A DNA stretch of 64,000 nt from Eledone cirrhosa. Lineage: Eukaryota. Both the position numbers and the translations under genes were made by a program. The notes under the pieces are model-generated. The model did no database searches. It was not told the DNA's origin and saw only the letters and a list, made by a program, of their open reading frames with translations. This document shows, one piece after another, positions 11,435-25,491 of this stretch. The stretch is taken from positions 306,590,001 through 306,654,000 of the forward strand of contig OZ024741.1 in the NCBI GenBank assembly GCA_964016885.1, given 5' to 3'. The stretch's first letter is position 1; every line of letters starts with the position of its first letter.

Positions 11435-13468
11435 CTGCAAAAAAGAATGAGCCAGATTAAAAAATTAAGGCTGTATTATATGGAAGGGAAGTTCAAAACG
11501 ATCTTAACTCCTAATGAAGCACCCATCCCTCTATAGGTATGAACACAGCTAATTTCGTCCAGAGAAGAGTGAGAGAAATATAAGGAAATGTAGAAATATA
11601 GAAAAATTGGGCCCAGTACTGGACTGGTACTTTATTTATCAACCACAAAGAATCCCTAAAGATGAAAGGCAACGTTGAGCTTAATGCGATTTGAACACAG
11701 ACTATAGTGAGTCAGAAAAAATACAAGGGTATTTAATCTGATGTTCTGACTCTTTTAATTCATGACCTTTGTATAATATGAAACAATGAAATTCTATTAT
11801 TGTCATACATTGATCAAAGACAGAGTTTTCATCGCAAAGGTAGCTGAATGTAAATTCAAACCATCTTCAACAATCAGAGCCAGTGCCTGAGTAATAAGTA
11901 TCCTAGACTAGCTCTACAACATGTGTCATTTTCTATTAATAATGCACCTCATTTACACAAATAAACTAATTTCATACTACAGTTTAGTAAACTGATGGAC
12001 ACAGAACTTGAACTGAAATCTCAAGGAAACCATATAGCATGAAAGAAAGGCTTACAAAGAATTCATTATTAGTGTGACAAAAGGTCTACTGACACAAAAT
12101 GATTAGCCCACATTTTTGTCTTTCATCATTAAATTCTTCCTCCTCCAAACTTTAAGCATACCATAGACAATCTGTACTCCCCTTACTATGTAGGCCTTTG
12201 TATTGAAGCTAACCAGGTAATGTTGGGAAATGATTAAGTTAAATGAAATCTAGGTTGAAATATTGATATATACAGAGTGAATAAAAACATACTTGGTATC
12301 TGGAATCCCATAGTGGATTATTATAATAATAATATCTAATTAAGACACAAGACCAGTAAAGTTGGGGGTAAAGCCAAAGTACATTGAATGAATCTCAATA
12401 TTTGACTGATTACTTTATTTCATCAACTCCAGGCGTATGAAAGGGAAAGTCGCCCTAAGTGATATGTAAACTAAAATGTTCAGAGCAGAAACTTTGCTGC
12501 AAAAGCATTTCATCTGATGCTCTATCAATTCTGGCAATCCACTGCACTAATAATTATTATAACAATAGAATTTGTATTAATCCTGAAAAATTTACATTAC
12601 TCTAAACCTAATATTATATATTCATGGTAAAGGCTTTACCTCACTTAATTATCTCACATAAAATCGAATCTACAAGATGTTGATATTATTTATTTTGAGA
12701 AAAAAATACATTAATGTCAGTAAGCAGCCAGTTACAGCCAGTTTGAACAAAAAGTGATGAGAGAATTCTGGTAACATGGCTGGTTTAAATGCTAAAGGGT
12801 TAAGCATACATATATTATAAATATACCTTCACATGTACAATCACATAACCAAATGATTTGTTCTGCAGTCTTGTGCATAAATCGAATAGAATGTCCTAAA
12901 GTTAAAATGTGTAATGGTGGTTACTGACATACAGGAAACTTTCAATAGACAAATTTCCTAAATGATCACATCCCGTTGTTTAACTAAACTCTTAAGCACT
13001 AGCAGCATATCCATACCAGAATTCCACTACAAAACCTTGGCAGTTGCTCCATCACTCAACATACACACCTACCATATCTTCATAAACATTACTCTATACA
13101 CTAATAACATGATAAAATACACTGAATACACTTTTTAAATTGTAGGAATGTAGAGGAATAGGATGCTCCCCTCAGCCACTCTGTGAGGACAATGGTCCAA
13201 TTGTGTGCTGACATGGTCTGTGATAACTCATCTAATCTATGCTAGCATGGGAAAGTAGATTTTAAATGACAATGATGATGACAGCAACACAAACATGAGA
13301 TCTTATTCTTAGTTGTATATGAATACACTACTGAAAATTTTCTTCCTTTACATACACGCAGACTCCTATGAGAGTGTGTGTGTAAGAGTATGTGTGTATT
13401 TATAAAATCTGCAGCAGACATATATTTAACTGTTCACTAAATGTTGATGAAATATGGCAAGAACTTAC

Positions 13469-13603
13469 ATCTTGTGGTGAAACAAGAAGTTTCCTGACAA
13501 GTGACTTTCCCCATCCTTGAGCAGCTACATTTATCACAGCCATTTAAACCCATGAACACAACACCTGCTTTGTATATGGTACCATAATACTCACATGTCA
13601 CTG
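13469..13603 (-). CDS. Exon, 6-Cys module
   Basis: 135 nt: VTCEYYGTIYKAGVVFMGLNGCDKCSCSRMGKVTCQETSCFTTR. Includes synonymous changes CAA>CAG and TCA>TCT. Confidence 0.9.
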
Positions 13604-14185
13604 CTGCAAATAAGTATGGGCCAGATTAACAAATTAAGGCTGTATTATATGGAAGGAAAGTTCAAAAGGATCTTAACTCCTAATGGAGCACACATCTCTC
13701 TTTAGGTATGAACACAGCTAATTTTGTCCAGAGAAGAGTGAGAGAAGTATAAGGAAATGTAGAAATATAGAAAAATTGAGTACAGTACTGGACTGGTAGT
13801 TTATTTATCAATCATAATGTATCCCTAAAGATGAAAGGCAAAGTTGAGCTTAATGCGATTTGAACACAGACTATAGTGAGTCAGAGAAAATACAAGGTTA
13901 TTTAATCTGATGTTCTGACTCTTTTAATTCATGACCTTTGTATAATATGAATCAATGAAATTCTACAATTGTCATACATTGATCAAAGACAGAGTTTTCA
14001 TCGCAAAGGTTGCTGAATGTAAATTCAAACTATCTTCAACAATCAGAGCCAGTGCCTGTGTAATGAGTATCCTAGACTAGCTCTACAACATGTGTCTCTT
14101 TCTCTTCATTAAGCACCTCATTTTCACAAATAAACTAATACTATACTACAGTTTCGTAAACTGATGGACACAGAATTTGAACTGA

Positions 14186-16404
14186 TTAATACAAAACAAC
14201 ACGATCTTTTACTGATATTGCTACATTTATCAATATCAACAACTTTCTCTGTAATATTTAATTACCAATCTCCTTATCTGTGCGGAATGAAGTCTCAAAT
14301 TATTTACACAACAAAAAAAAAAAAAATGCTGCTGGCTTCCTAGCAAAATAAGAATTGTATAAATATTTTCTTTTTTTTTTTCCTTCCCTATCTGTATAAC
14401 TTTTGAAGATGTCAAGATGACGGCTTTCTTCTCCATCAAAGTCTTTTTAGGGCATGAAACTGTGCGCCATGTTGGTTTTTGTTTTAGGTTCACCATAAAT
14501 GTATTATTAATGCTATTGCTTGATTAATCGCTGCTTTGCACATTATCTCCAATGCATTATTTTTCCTGTCCATTTGTTTGACAGAGAAAAACAAGTGGAT
14601 TTATTATGTTTTTCACTTGTGCCCGAGATATTTTTCTATACGGAGACACATTTTGGCCGCTTACTGAGATTGTACCAATGGCATCTCATTCTTCTACAGC
14701 CCTTGCCACTGTTTCTCACCCAGCTCAGGCCACACCTGGCCATGCCACCTGCATGGCAACTCAAACAGACAGCACAGCTATAATGGCTATGCAGAAAGCC
14801 ATTCTGGAACTCACCCTGGAGCTACTCAACGAAACATTTTATTTCCACAACCGGTGCTCCAGTATTTTCATGTCCACGTCGTTTACCGGTGGACAAGTTA
14901 AAGGCAGTACGGTCCGAGTTCGACCATATGCTGAAGCTGGGCATTATTCGCCCATCTATGAGTCCTTGGACTTCACCGTTACATACGGTGCCCAAGACTT
15001 CTGGCGACTGGAGACCCACACGGGATTATAGGAGGTTAAATGCGGAGTTAAGACTATAAAAGATTCACCTCCGCCTACTACACTTCACCAGTTGTGTCAC
15101 TTCTTAGGCCTAATCAATTTTTATAGACGTTTCATTCCTCAATGTGCAAAATTACTGTTTTCTCTTCCGAGATTTTGAAAAAGTGTCGTAAGAAGAATGA
15201 GGATATTTCCTTGACACAAGGACAACTCAAAGATTTCCAGACTGCCAAGACAGCACTTGCTAATTCATCTTTGCTAGCCCACCCAGTACCAGAGGCCAAG
15301 CTTTCGCTTTGTATTGCTGCATCTGATACTGTTGTGGGAGCAGTTTTACAACAGTATAACGCTGGAAACCATCAACCTTTGACATTTTTCTCCAGGAAGC
15401 TGAAACTAGCAGAAACTCGTTACAGCACGTTTGGTCGGGAGTTATTAGCCATATATCTGTCGTTGAAACATTTTTTCTCATATTCTTGAGGGAATAACGT
15501 TGACTGTTTTCACTGACCACAAACCTCTGACCTTCGCTTTGAGGGCTAAAGCCGACAAATATTCACCCGGAGAGACAATTTCGGTGGATAGACTAAAACG
15601 GGCATACACTGACGCTCATACACCTGAGCCACAAATACCCCAATCTTTCTCTATCGTGCATACACCTGCTCCTTCTGCCCCACCTTCACCTACATACAAG
15701 ACCACGACCCGTTCCGGTTGAAGAGTCCACTGGCCCAAAAAACTCTGTCAGACATTTTTTATATGAACTGGCCACTGGAGCCTTTTGTTTTCTTTTTCTT
15801 TGTATTATGTATGCATGTACTCTTTGATTTTTTGTTACTGTTTCATGTCTTTGCTTGGATCCCATGCTTGCGGGTTTGCTACAATTACCTTCGGGCTTTT
15901 CGCCTATCATCTGGAGGAGGGTATTCTAGTGACCTCTAGTGGTGAAATCCAGAACTCATGAGAGTTACGTCTCCATGGAGACCATATATTGAGACCGTCA
16001 GAGCGCTCTCCCTCTTACACGGTCAGCTGTCCTGGAATCAAGATACAGCTCTGCCTTCTCCGTCTCTCTTTCCACTCGCAGCAGCCTTCACCATGACACG
16101 TGGGATGCAAATTACCAGTATACTCCAGTGAAGATGTTGAGAGCAACTCTCTCGCCCACTATGGTCTGAAACTCAACAAGAGGCTAATGAGCCAACTACA
16201 GCATCATAACTTGTGGTAAAATATGTATTGTTCCATTTTTGACTTCCATGAAGTAAATCTTTATATAAACAAACAAAGCCATTCTTGTTATTTCAACAAC
16301 AACGTTTATCTTATATAAAATCCATTCTCCTTAAGTGAATCAGCCTTTTATGTTATTTCCAAAACTGTTATAATAATATAAGTATAATACCATTCTTCTA
16401 AATG
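14186..16404 (+). mobile_element. Non-array insert containing an internally deleted Ty3/Gypsy LTR retrotransposon remnant
   Basis: RT N-terminus IRPSMSPWTSPLHTVPKTSGDWRPTRDYRRLN (~14945-15045), RT C-terminus FLGLINFYRRFIP, RNase H ASDTVVGAVLQQ..FFSRKL..AETRYSTFGRELLAIY..TDHKPL, integrase tail ISVDRLKRA..TTRSG, and a PPT-like ggaggaggg at ~15913. LTR boundaries are uncertain. Confidence 0.88.
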
Positions 16405-17243
16405 TTCATGGTAAAGGCTTTACCTCACATAATTATCTCACATAAAATCGAATCTACAAGATGTTGATATTATTTATTTTGAGAAAAAATGCATTAATAT
16501 CAGTAAGCAACCAGTTAGACCCAAAAGTGATGAGAGAATTCTGGCAGAACATGGCTGGTTTAAATGCTAAAGTGTTAAGCATACATATATTATAAATATA
16601 CCTTCACATGTACAATCAAATGACCAAATGAATTGTTCTGCAATCTTGCGCATAAATTGAATAGAATGTCCTAAAGTTAAAATGTGTAATGGTGGTTACT
16701 GACATACAGGAAAGTTGCGATAGACAAATGTCCCAAATGACCACATCCCACTGTTTAACTAAACTCTTAAGCACTAGGAGCATATCCATACCACAATTCC
16801 ACTGCAAAACCTAGGCAGTTGTTCCATCACTCAACAAACACACCTACCATCTCCTCATAAACATTATTCTACACACTAACACAATGATAAAATACACTCA
16901 ATAGACTTTGTAAATTGTACGAATGTACAGGATCAAGATGCTACACTCAGCCCCTCTCTGAGGACAATGGTCCAATTGTGTGCTGACATGGTCTGTGATA
17001 ACTCATCTAATCTATGCTAGCATGGAAAAGTAGATTTTAAATGACAATGACCATGACAGCAACACAAACATGAGATCTTATACTTAGTTGTATATGAATA
17101 CACTACTCAAACTTTTCTTCATTTACATACACGCAGACTCCTATGAGAGTGTGTGTGTATGAGTATGAGTGTGTTTATATAATCTGCAAAAAACATATAT
17201 TTAACTGTTTACTAAAAGTTGATAAAATAAGGCAAGAACTTAC

Positions 17244-17378
17244 ATCTTGTGGTGGAACATGAAGTTTCTTCACAAGTGACTTTCCCCATCTCTGAGCAGC
17301 TACATTTATCACAGCCATTTAAAGCCATGAATGTCACACCTACTTTGTATATGGTACCATGATATGCACATGTCACTG
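17244..17378 (-). CDS. Exon, 6-Cys module
   Basis: 135 nt: VTCAYHGTIYKVGVTFMALNGCDKCSCSEMGKVTCEETSCSTTR. Confidence 0.9.
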
Positions 17379-18187
17379 CTGCAAAAAAGAATGAGCCGGA
17401 TTAACAAATTAAGGCTGCATAATATGGAAGGCAAGTTCAAAAGGATCTTAACTCCTAATAGAGCACCCATCCCTCATTAGGTATGAACACAGCTAATTTC
17501 GTCCAGAGAAGAGTGAGAGAAATATAAGGAAATGTAGAAATATAGAAAAATTGGGCCCAGTGCTGGACTGGTACTTCATTTATCAACCACAAAGAATCCC
17601 GAAAGATGAAAGGCAAAGTTCAGCCTAATGCAATTTGAACACAGACTATAGTGAGTAAGAAAAAATACCAGGGTATTTAATCTGATGTTCTGACTCTTTT
17701 AATTCATGACCTTTGTATATTATGAATCGATGAGATTCTACTATTGTCATACATTGATCAAAGACAGAGTTTTCATCATAAAGGTAGCTGAATGTAAATT
17801 CAAACCATCTTCAACATTCAGAGCCAGTGCCTGTGAAAAGACTATCCTAGAATAGCTCTACAACATGTGTCCCTTTCTCTTCATTATGCACCTCATTTTC
17901 ACAAATAAAATAATTACATACTACAGTTTAATCAACTGATGGACACAGAATTTGGACTGAAATCTCAAGAAAACCATATAGCATGGAAGGAAACTTTCCA
18001 AAGAATTAATTATTAGTGTCATGAAAGGTCTACTGACACAAAATGATTGCACCACAATTTCTTTGTTTTTCAATTTTGAGCATACCATAGACAATCTGTA
18101 CTCCCCTTACTATCTAGGACTTTACATTGATGAAGCCAACCAGGTAATATGGGGAATATATTAAGTTAAATTAAATCTAAGCTGAAC

Positions 18188-18532
18188 TATATATATATAT
18201 ATGTATAATAATGAGTTAACGGATCCAGCATATTTATCAATGCCAGGACCGGTTGTATATTTCAGCGTACTCAATAGGTAATGTAGGATACATTCCCTGA
18301 GTATACGCATAGTTATTCCCTTCAATACAACGCACGTCAAACGGGTGCCTATAGTAGATCCCGGACTCCAGTTTTGGCCACACTTAAGGCACCTTCTGTC
18401 TGCATATATTATGCAACAATGCATAATCTGTGTATGTGGCTTCATCAGCGGGTATCGCCTAATCAATAACCAATCGATCGATATATGTATATGTATATGT
18501 ATATATATATATGTATATATATGTATATGTAT
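18188..18532 (-). mobile_element. (TA)n-flanked insert, probable Penelope-like element terminal-repeat or retrozyme fragment
   Basis: ~280 bp of relatively GC-richer sequence between (TA)n and (TATATG)n tracts, containing a hammerhead-like motif. Confidence 0.5.
18357..18456 (-). ncRNA. Type I hammerhead ribozyme-like motif with a G12>A core substitution
   Basis: Minus strand reads GAUACCCG-CUGAUGA-AGCCACA...UGUGGCC-AAAA-C-UGGA-GUC-CGGGAUC. Stems I (CCCG/CGGG), II (GCCACA/UGUGGC) and short III (AC/GU) all pair. GAAA reads AAAA. Confidence 0.65.
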
Positions 18533-18654
18533 AACTTTGCTTAAACTTTAATCTGTTATTTTAATAAATATTTGCTCTACAGTTCTTATATATTTGATAT
18601 ATATTTATCCGTATCAAGCCCTCTTTGGATTTTAGTCTTCAAATTTATTATTAT

Positions 18655-18702
<48 letters not shown>

Positions 18703-18797
18703 ATTCATTAGTTAAGCAAAACAAGACCACAAATTTCACAAAGAAGACATTATTAAAAGATTGTCAACATATTTTAGTTTGATGTAAGTAATGTAGA

Positions 18798-18798
<1 letters not shown>

Positions 18799-18828
<30 letters not shown>

Positions 18829-18870
18829 CATCATCATCATCATCATCATCATCACCATCACCATCATCAT
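18799..18870 (+). repeat. Compound microsatellite (AAT)n(CAT)n
   Basis: Directly visible. A further (TA)n tract lies at ~18658-18705. Confidence 0.95.
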
Positions 18871-19217
18871 GGAGGCACATGGCTTAGTGGTTAGAGCATT
18901 GGCCTTGCAATCAAAAGGTTGTGAGTTCAATTCTCAGACCGGGTGATGTGTTGTTTCTTTGAGCAAGACACTTTATTTCACATTGCTCCAGTTTACTCAG
19001 CTGTAGAAATGAGATGATAGGGACTGGGGTCCCTATCATTTCCACTGTAAAGTGGTCGTGGTGGTGCCACGGCCAAAAGGGACCCAGCACTCACTGTAAA
19101 TGAGGTTGGTGTTAGGAAGGGCATCCAGCTGAAGAAATCAAGCCGGAATCAGTTCCCGTCCCACCCTTGCAAGCAGGGAAAGGTGGACGTAAAATGATGA
19201 TGATGATGATGATGATG
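18871..19217 (+). mobile_element. SINE family 2
   Basis: Box A TGGCTTAGTGG, box B GAGTTCAATTC, (ATG)n tail. Collinear with 10350-10682. Confidence 0.88.
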
Positions 19218-20811
19218 AGTGTGACAAAAGGTCTATTGACACAAAATGATTAGCCCACAATGTTTTGTTTTTCAACTACAAAATTCTTCACCCTCCAAAG
19301 TTTAAGCATACCATAGACAATCTGTACTCCCCTTACTATGTAGGCCTTTGTATTGAAACTAACCAGGTAATATGGGGAAATTAAGTTAAATCAAATCTAG
19401 GCTGAAATGTTGATATATACAGACTGAATAACTATTAAAACATACTTGGTATTGGGAATCCCATAGTCGATTATTATAATAATTCTTTCTACTTTTAGCA
19501 AAAGGCCAGCAATTATCCAAGTACATTACTGGTACTTTATTTTATCGACCCCGTAAGGATGAAAGACAAAATTAAGCTTGGCGGTATTGGAACTCAGATC
19601 ATAAAGGGATGTAACTATACTGGAAAGCAGGGCATCCGACCCTCTACCGATACTGCCAATGATATCTAATTAAGACACAAGACCCGTAAATTTTGGGGTA
19701 AAGCCAAAGTACATTAAATGAATCTCAATATTTGACTGATTACTTTATTTCATCAACTCCAGGGCTAAGAAATGGAAAGTTGCCCTAAGTAATATGTAAA
19801 CTCAAATCTTCAGAGCAGAACTTATACTGCAATAGTATTTTATCGGATGCTGTATTAATTCTGCCTATCCACTACACTAATATTTATTATAATAATAGAA
19901 TTTGTATTAACCCTGAAACATTTACATTACACTAGACCTAATATTATATATTCATAGTAAAGGCTTTACCTCACTTAATTATCACACATAAAATCGAATC
20001 TACAAGATGTTGATTTTATTTATTTTGAGAAAAAATACATTAATATCAGTAAGCAGCCAGTTACAGCCAATTTGAACAAAAAGTGATGAGAGAATTCTAG
20101 CAGAACATGGCTAGTTTAAATGTTAAAGGGTTAAGCACACATATGTTATAAATATACCTTCACATGTACAATCAAATAACCAAATAATTTGTTCTGCAGT
20201 CATGCGCCTGAATTGAATTGAATGTTCTAAAGTTAAAATGTGTAATGGTGGTTACTGACATACAGGAGAGTTGTGATAGACAAATTTACTAAATGACCAC
20301 ATCCTGTTGTTTAACTATACTCTTAAGCACTAGGAGCATATCCATACCACAATTCCACTGCAAAATCTAGGCAGTTGCTCCATCACTCAACATACACACC
20401 TACCATTTCTTCATAAACATTACTCTATACACTAACACCTTGAGAAATACTCTCAATACACTTAATACACTTTGTAAATTGTAGGAATGTACAGGATCAA
20501 GATGCTGCCCTCAGCTTCTCTGTGAGGACAATGGTCCAATTGTGTGCTGACATGGTCTGTGATAACTCATCTAATCTATGCTAGCATGGAAAAGTAGATT
20601 TTAAATGACAATGACCATGACAGCAACACAAACATGAGATCTTATTCTTAGTTGTATCTGAATACATAAACTACTCAAACTCTTCTTCATTTACATACAC
20701 GCAGACTCCTATGAGAGTGTGTGTGTATGAGTATTTGTGTGTTTATATAATCTGCAACAAATATATATTTAACTGTTCACTAAAAGTTGATAAAATAAGG
20801 CAAGAACTTAC

Positions 20812-20946
20812 ATTTTGGGGTGGAACATGAAGTTTCTTGACAAGTGACTTTCCCCATCGATGAGCAGCTACATTTATCACAGCCATTTAAACCTATGAAC
20901 ATTACACCTACTTTGTATATGGTACCATGATATGCACATGTCACTG
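20812..20946 (-). CDS. Exon, 6-Cys module
   Basis: 135 nt: VTCAYHGTIYKVGVMFIGLNGCDKCSCSSMGKVTCQETSCSTPK. Confidence 0.9.
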
Positions 20947-21850
20947 CTGCAAAAAAGAATTAGCCAGATTAACAAATTAAGGCTGTATTATATGGAAGGA
21001 AAGTTCAAAAGTATCTTAACTCCTAATGGAGCACACATGACTCTTTAGGTATGAAATAAGCTAATTTCGTCCAGAGAAGAGTGAGAGAAGTATAAGGAAA
21101 TGTAGAAATATAGAAAAATTGAGTACAGTACTGGACTGGTAGTTTATTTATCAATCATAATGTATCCCTAAAGATGAAAGGCAAAGTTGAGCTTAATGTG
21201 ATTTGAACACAAACTATAGTGAGTGACAAAAAATACAAGGGTATTTAATCTGATGTCCTGACTCTGTTAATTCATGACCTTTGTATATTATGAAATAATT
21301 AAATTCTACTATTGTCATATATTGATCAAAGACAGAGTTTTCATCATAAAGGTAGTTGAATGTGAATTCAAACCATCTTCAACAATCAGAACCATTTCCT
21401 ATGTAATAAGTAACCTAGACTAGCACTACAACATGTGTCCCCTTCTCTTCATTATGCACCTCATTTTCACAAAGAAACTAATTTCATACTACAGTTTAGT
21501 AAACTGATGGACACAGAATTTGAACAGAAATCTCAAGAAAACCATATAGCATGAAAGAAAACTTTACAGAGAATTAACTTTTAGTGTCACAAAAGGTCTA
21601 CTGACACAAAATGATTAGAAAACAATTTTTTATTTTTCAACTACAAAATTCTTCACCCTCCAAACTTTAAGCATACCACAGACAACCTGTACTCCCCTTA
21701 CTATGTAGGCCTTTGTATAGAAGCTAACCAGGTAGTATGGGGAAATTATTAAGTTAAATTAAATCGAGGCTGAAATGTTGATATATACAGAGTGAATAAC
21801 AATTAAAACATACATGATATTAGAAATCCCATAGTGGATTATTATAACAA

Positions 21851-22028
21851 TTGTTTCTACATTTGGCACAAGGCCAGCAATTATCCCAGTACATTACTGG
21901 TACTTTATTTTATCGACCCCATCAGGATGAAAGGCAAATTCAACTTCGGCTTGATTTGAACTCAGATCGTAAAGGGACGTAACTATGCTGGAGAGCATAG
22001 CGTCCGACCCTCTACCGATACTGCCAAT
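21851..22028 (-). mobile_element. SINE family 1, representative of the copy found at the same intron site in most units (e.g. ~9716, 19483, 24193, 26509, 28866, 33691, 36020, 39229, 41925, 45156, 48562, 50839, 53386, 55713, 58013, 59984, 62263; several truncated)
   Basis: Box A/B on the minus strand. Lies between ggattattataat and gatatctaattaag. Propagated with the unit. Confidence 0.8.
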
Positions 22029-23150
22029 GATATTTAATTAAGACACAAGACCCGTAAATTTTGGGGTAAAGCCAAAGTACATTGAATGAATCTCAATATT
22101 TAACTGATTACTTTATTTCATCAACTCAGAGGGTATGAAAGAGTAAGTCAACTTAGTGATATGTAAACTCAAATCTTCGGAGCACAATTTATACCGCAAT
22201 AGCATTGCATCTGATGCTGTATTAATACTGCCGATCAACTACACTAATAATTATTATAACAATAGAAGTTTTATTAACCCTGAAACATTTACATTACACT
22301 ACACCTTATATTATATATTCATAATAAAGGCTTTACTCCCTTAATTATCTCACATAAAATCGAATCTACAAGATGTTAATATTTATTTCGAGAAAAAATA
22401 CATTAATATCAAAAAGCAGCCAGTTACAGCCAGTTTGACCAAAAAGTGATGAGAGAATTCTGGCAGAAAATGACTGCTTTAAATGCTAATGGGTTAAGGA
22501 CACATATATTATAAATATACCTTCACATCTACAATCAAATAACCAAATAATTTGTTCTGCAGTCTTGCGCATAAATCGAATAGAATGTTCGAAAGTTAAA
22601 ATGTGTAATGGTGGTTACTGACATACAGGAGAGTTATGATAGACAAATTTACCAAATGACCACATCCCGTTGTTTAACTAAACTCTTAAACACTAGGGGC
22701 ATATCCATACAACAATTCCACTACAAACCCTAGGCATTTGCTCCATCACTCAACATACACAACTACTATCACCTCATAAACATTACTCTATACACTAACA
22801 CCATGATAAAATACACTCAATACACTTTGTAAATTATAGGAATGTACAGGATCAAGATGCTGCCCTCAGCCCCTCTGTGAGTACAATGGTCCAATTGTGT
22901 GCTGACATGGTCTGTGATAACTCATCTAATCTATGCTAGCATGGAAACGTAGATTTTAAACGACAGCAATACAAACATGAGATCTTATTCTTAGTTGTAT
23001 ATGAATACATACACTACTCAAACTCTTCTTCATTTACACGCAGACTCCTATGAGAGTGTGTGTGTAAGAGTATTTGTGTGTTTATATAATCTGCAACAAA
23101 CATTTATTTAACTGTTCACTAAAAGTTGATAAAATAAGGCAAGAACTTAC

Positions 23151-23285
23151 ATTTTGTGGTGGAACATGAAGTTTCTTGACAAAAGACTTTCCCGATCTCT
23201 GAGCACCTACATTTATCACAGCCATTTAAACCTATGAATATTACACCTACTTTGTATATGGTACCATGATACGCACATGTCACTG
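23151..23285 (-). CDS. Exon, 6-Cys module
   Basis: 135 nt: VTCAYHGTIYKVGVIFIGLNGCDKCRCSEIGKVFCQETSCSTTK. Confidence 0.9.
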
Positions 23286-25491
23286 CTGCAAAAAAGAATG
23301 AGCCAGAATAACAAATTAAAGCTGTATTATATGGAAGGAAAGTTCAAAAGGATCTTAACTCTTAATGAAGCACACATCCCTCTTTAGGTATGAACACAGC
23401 TAATTTCGTCCAGAGAAGAGTTAGAGAAATATAAGGAAATGTAGAAATATAGAAAAATTGAGCCCAGTACTGGACTGGTACTTTATTTATCTACCACAAA
23501 GAATCCCTAAAGATGAAAGCCAAAGTTGAGCTTAATGCGATTTGAACACAGACTATAGTGGGTGAGAAAAAATACAAGGGTATTTAATCTGATGTTCTCA
23601 CTCTTTTAATTCATGACCTTTGTGTAATATGAAACAATGAGATTCTACTATTTTCATACATTGATCAAAGACAGAGTTTTCATCATAAAGGTAGCTGAAT
23701 GTAAATTCAAACCATCTTCAACAATCAGAGCCAGTGCTTGTGTAATGAGTATCCTAGAATAGCTCTACAACATGTGTCCCTTTCTCTTCATTATGCACCT
23801 CATTTTCACAAATAAACTATTTTCATACTACAGTTTAGTAAACTGATGGACACAGAATTTGGACAAAAATCTCAAGAAAACCATATAGCATTAAAGAAAA
23901 CTTTACAAAGAATTAATTATTAGTGTCACAAAAGGTCTACTGACAGAAAATGATTAGCCCACAAATTTTTTGTTTTTCAACTTTAAATTCTACCTTCTCC
24001 CTCCAAACTTTAAGCATACCATAGATAATCTGTACTCCCCTTACTATGTAGACCTTTGTATTGAAACTAACCAGGTAAAATGGGGAAATTATTAAGTTAA
24101 ATTATATGTAGGCTGAAATCTTGATATATACAGAGTGAATAACTATTAAAACATGCTTGGTATTTGGAATCTCATAGAGGATTATTATAATAATTGTTAC
24201 TACATTTGGCACAGGGCCAGCAATTATCTCAGTACATTACTGGTACTTTATTTTATCGACTCCGTAAGGATGAAAGGCATAGTCAACCTCGGTGGGATTT
24301 CAACTTAGATCGTAAAGGGACGTAACTATGCTGGAAAGCATGGCATCCGACCCTCTTCCGATACTGCCAATGATATCTTATTAAGACACAAGACTACTAA
24401 ATTTTGGGGTAAAGCCAAAGTACATTAAGTGAATCTCAATATTTGACTGATTACTTTATTTCATGATCTCCAGGGGTATGAAAGGGTAAGTTAACTAACT
24501 GATATGTAAACTCAAATCTTCGGAGCACAATTTATACCGCAATAGCATTGCATCTGATGCTGTATTAATACTGCCGATCAACTACACTAATAATTATCAT
24601 AATAATAGAATTTGTATTAACCCTGAAACATTTACATTACACTACACCTAATATTATATATTCATAGTAAAGGCTTTACTCCCTTAATTATCTCACATAA
24701 ATTCGAATCTACAAGATTTTGATTAAAAATACATTAATATGAGAAAGCAGCCAGTTACAGCCAGTTTGAACAAAAAGCGATGAGAGAATTCTGGTAACAT
24801 GGCTGGTTTAAATGCTAACGGGTTAAGCACAGATATATTATAAATATACCTTCACATGTACAATCAAATAACCAAATAATTTGTTCTGCAGTCTTGCGCG
24901 TAAATCGAATAGAATGTTTGAAAGTTAAAATGTGTAATGGGAGTTACTGACATACAGGAAAGTTGCAATAGATAAATTTCCCCAATGACTACATCCCATT
25001 GTTTAACTAAACTATTAAGCACTAGGAGCATATCCATACCAGAATTCCACTATAAAACCTAGGCACTTGCTCCATCACCCAACATACACACCTACCATTT
25101 CCAAATAAACTTTACTCTACACACTAACACCATGATAAAATACACTCAATACACTTTGTAAATTGGAGGAATGTACAGGATCAACATGCTACGCTCAGCC
25201 CCTCTGTGAGGACAATGGTCCAATTGTGTGCTGACATGGTCAGTGATAACTCATCTAATCTATGCTAGCATAGAAAAGTAGATTTTAAATGACAATGACC
25301 ATGACAGCAACACAACCATGATATCTTATTCTTAGTTGTATATGAATACATTACTGAAACTTTTCTTCATTTACATACACGCAGACTCCTATGACAGTGT
25401 GTGTGTATGAGTATGTGTGTGTTTATATAATCTGCCAGAGACATATATTTAATTGGTCACTAAAAGTTGATAAAATAAGGCAAGAACTTAC

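Noticed and set aside
18736-18930. ORF with poly-Met/poly-Ile; also ORFs 18161, 18345, 6534-7039, 14236, 14520
   Set aside because: Translations of microsatellite, SINE, LINE UTR or antisense TE sequence with no recognisable protein motifs.
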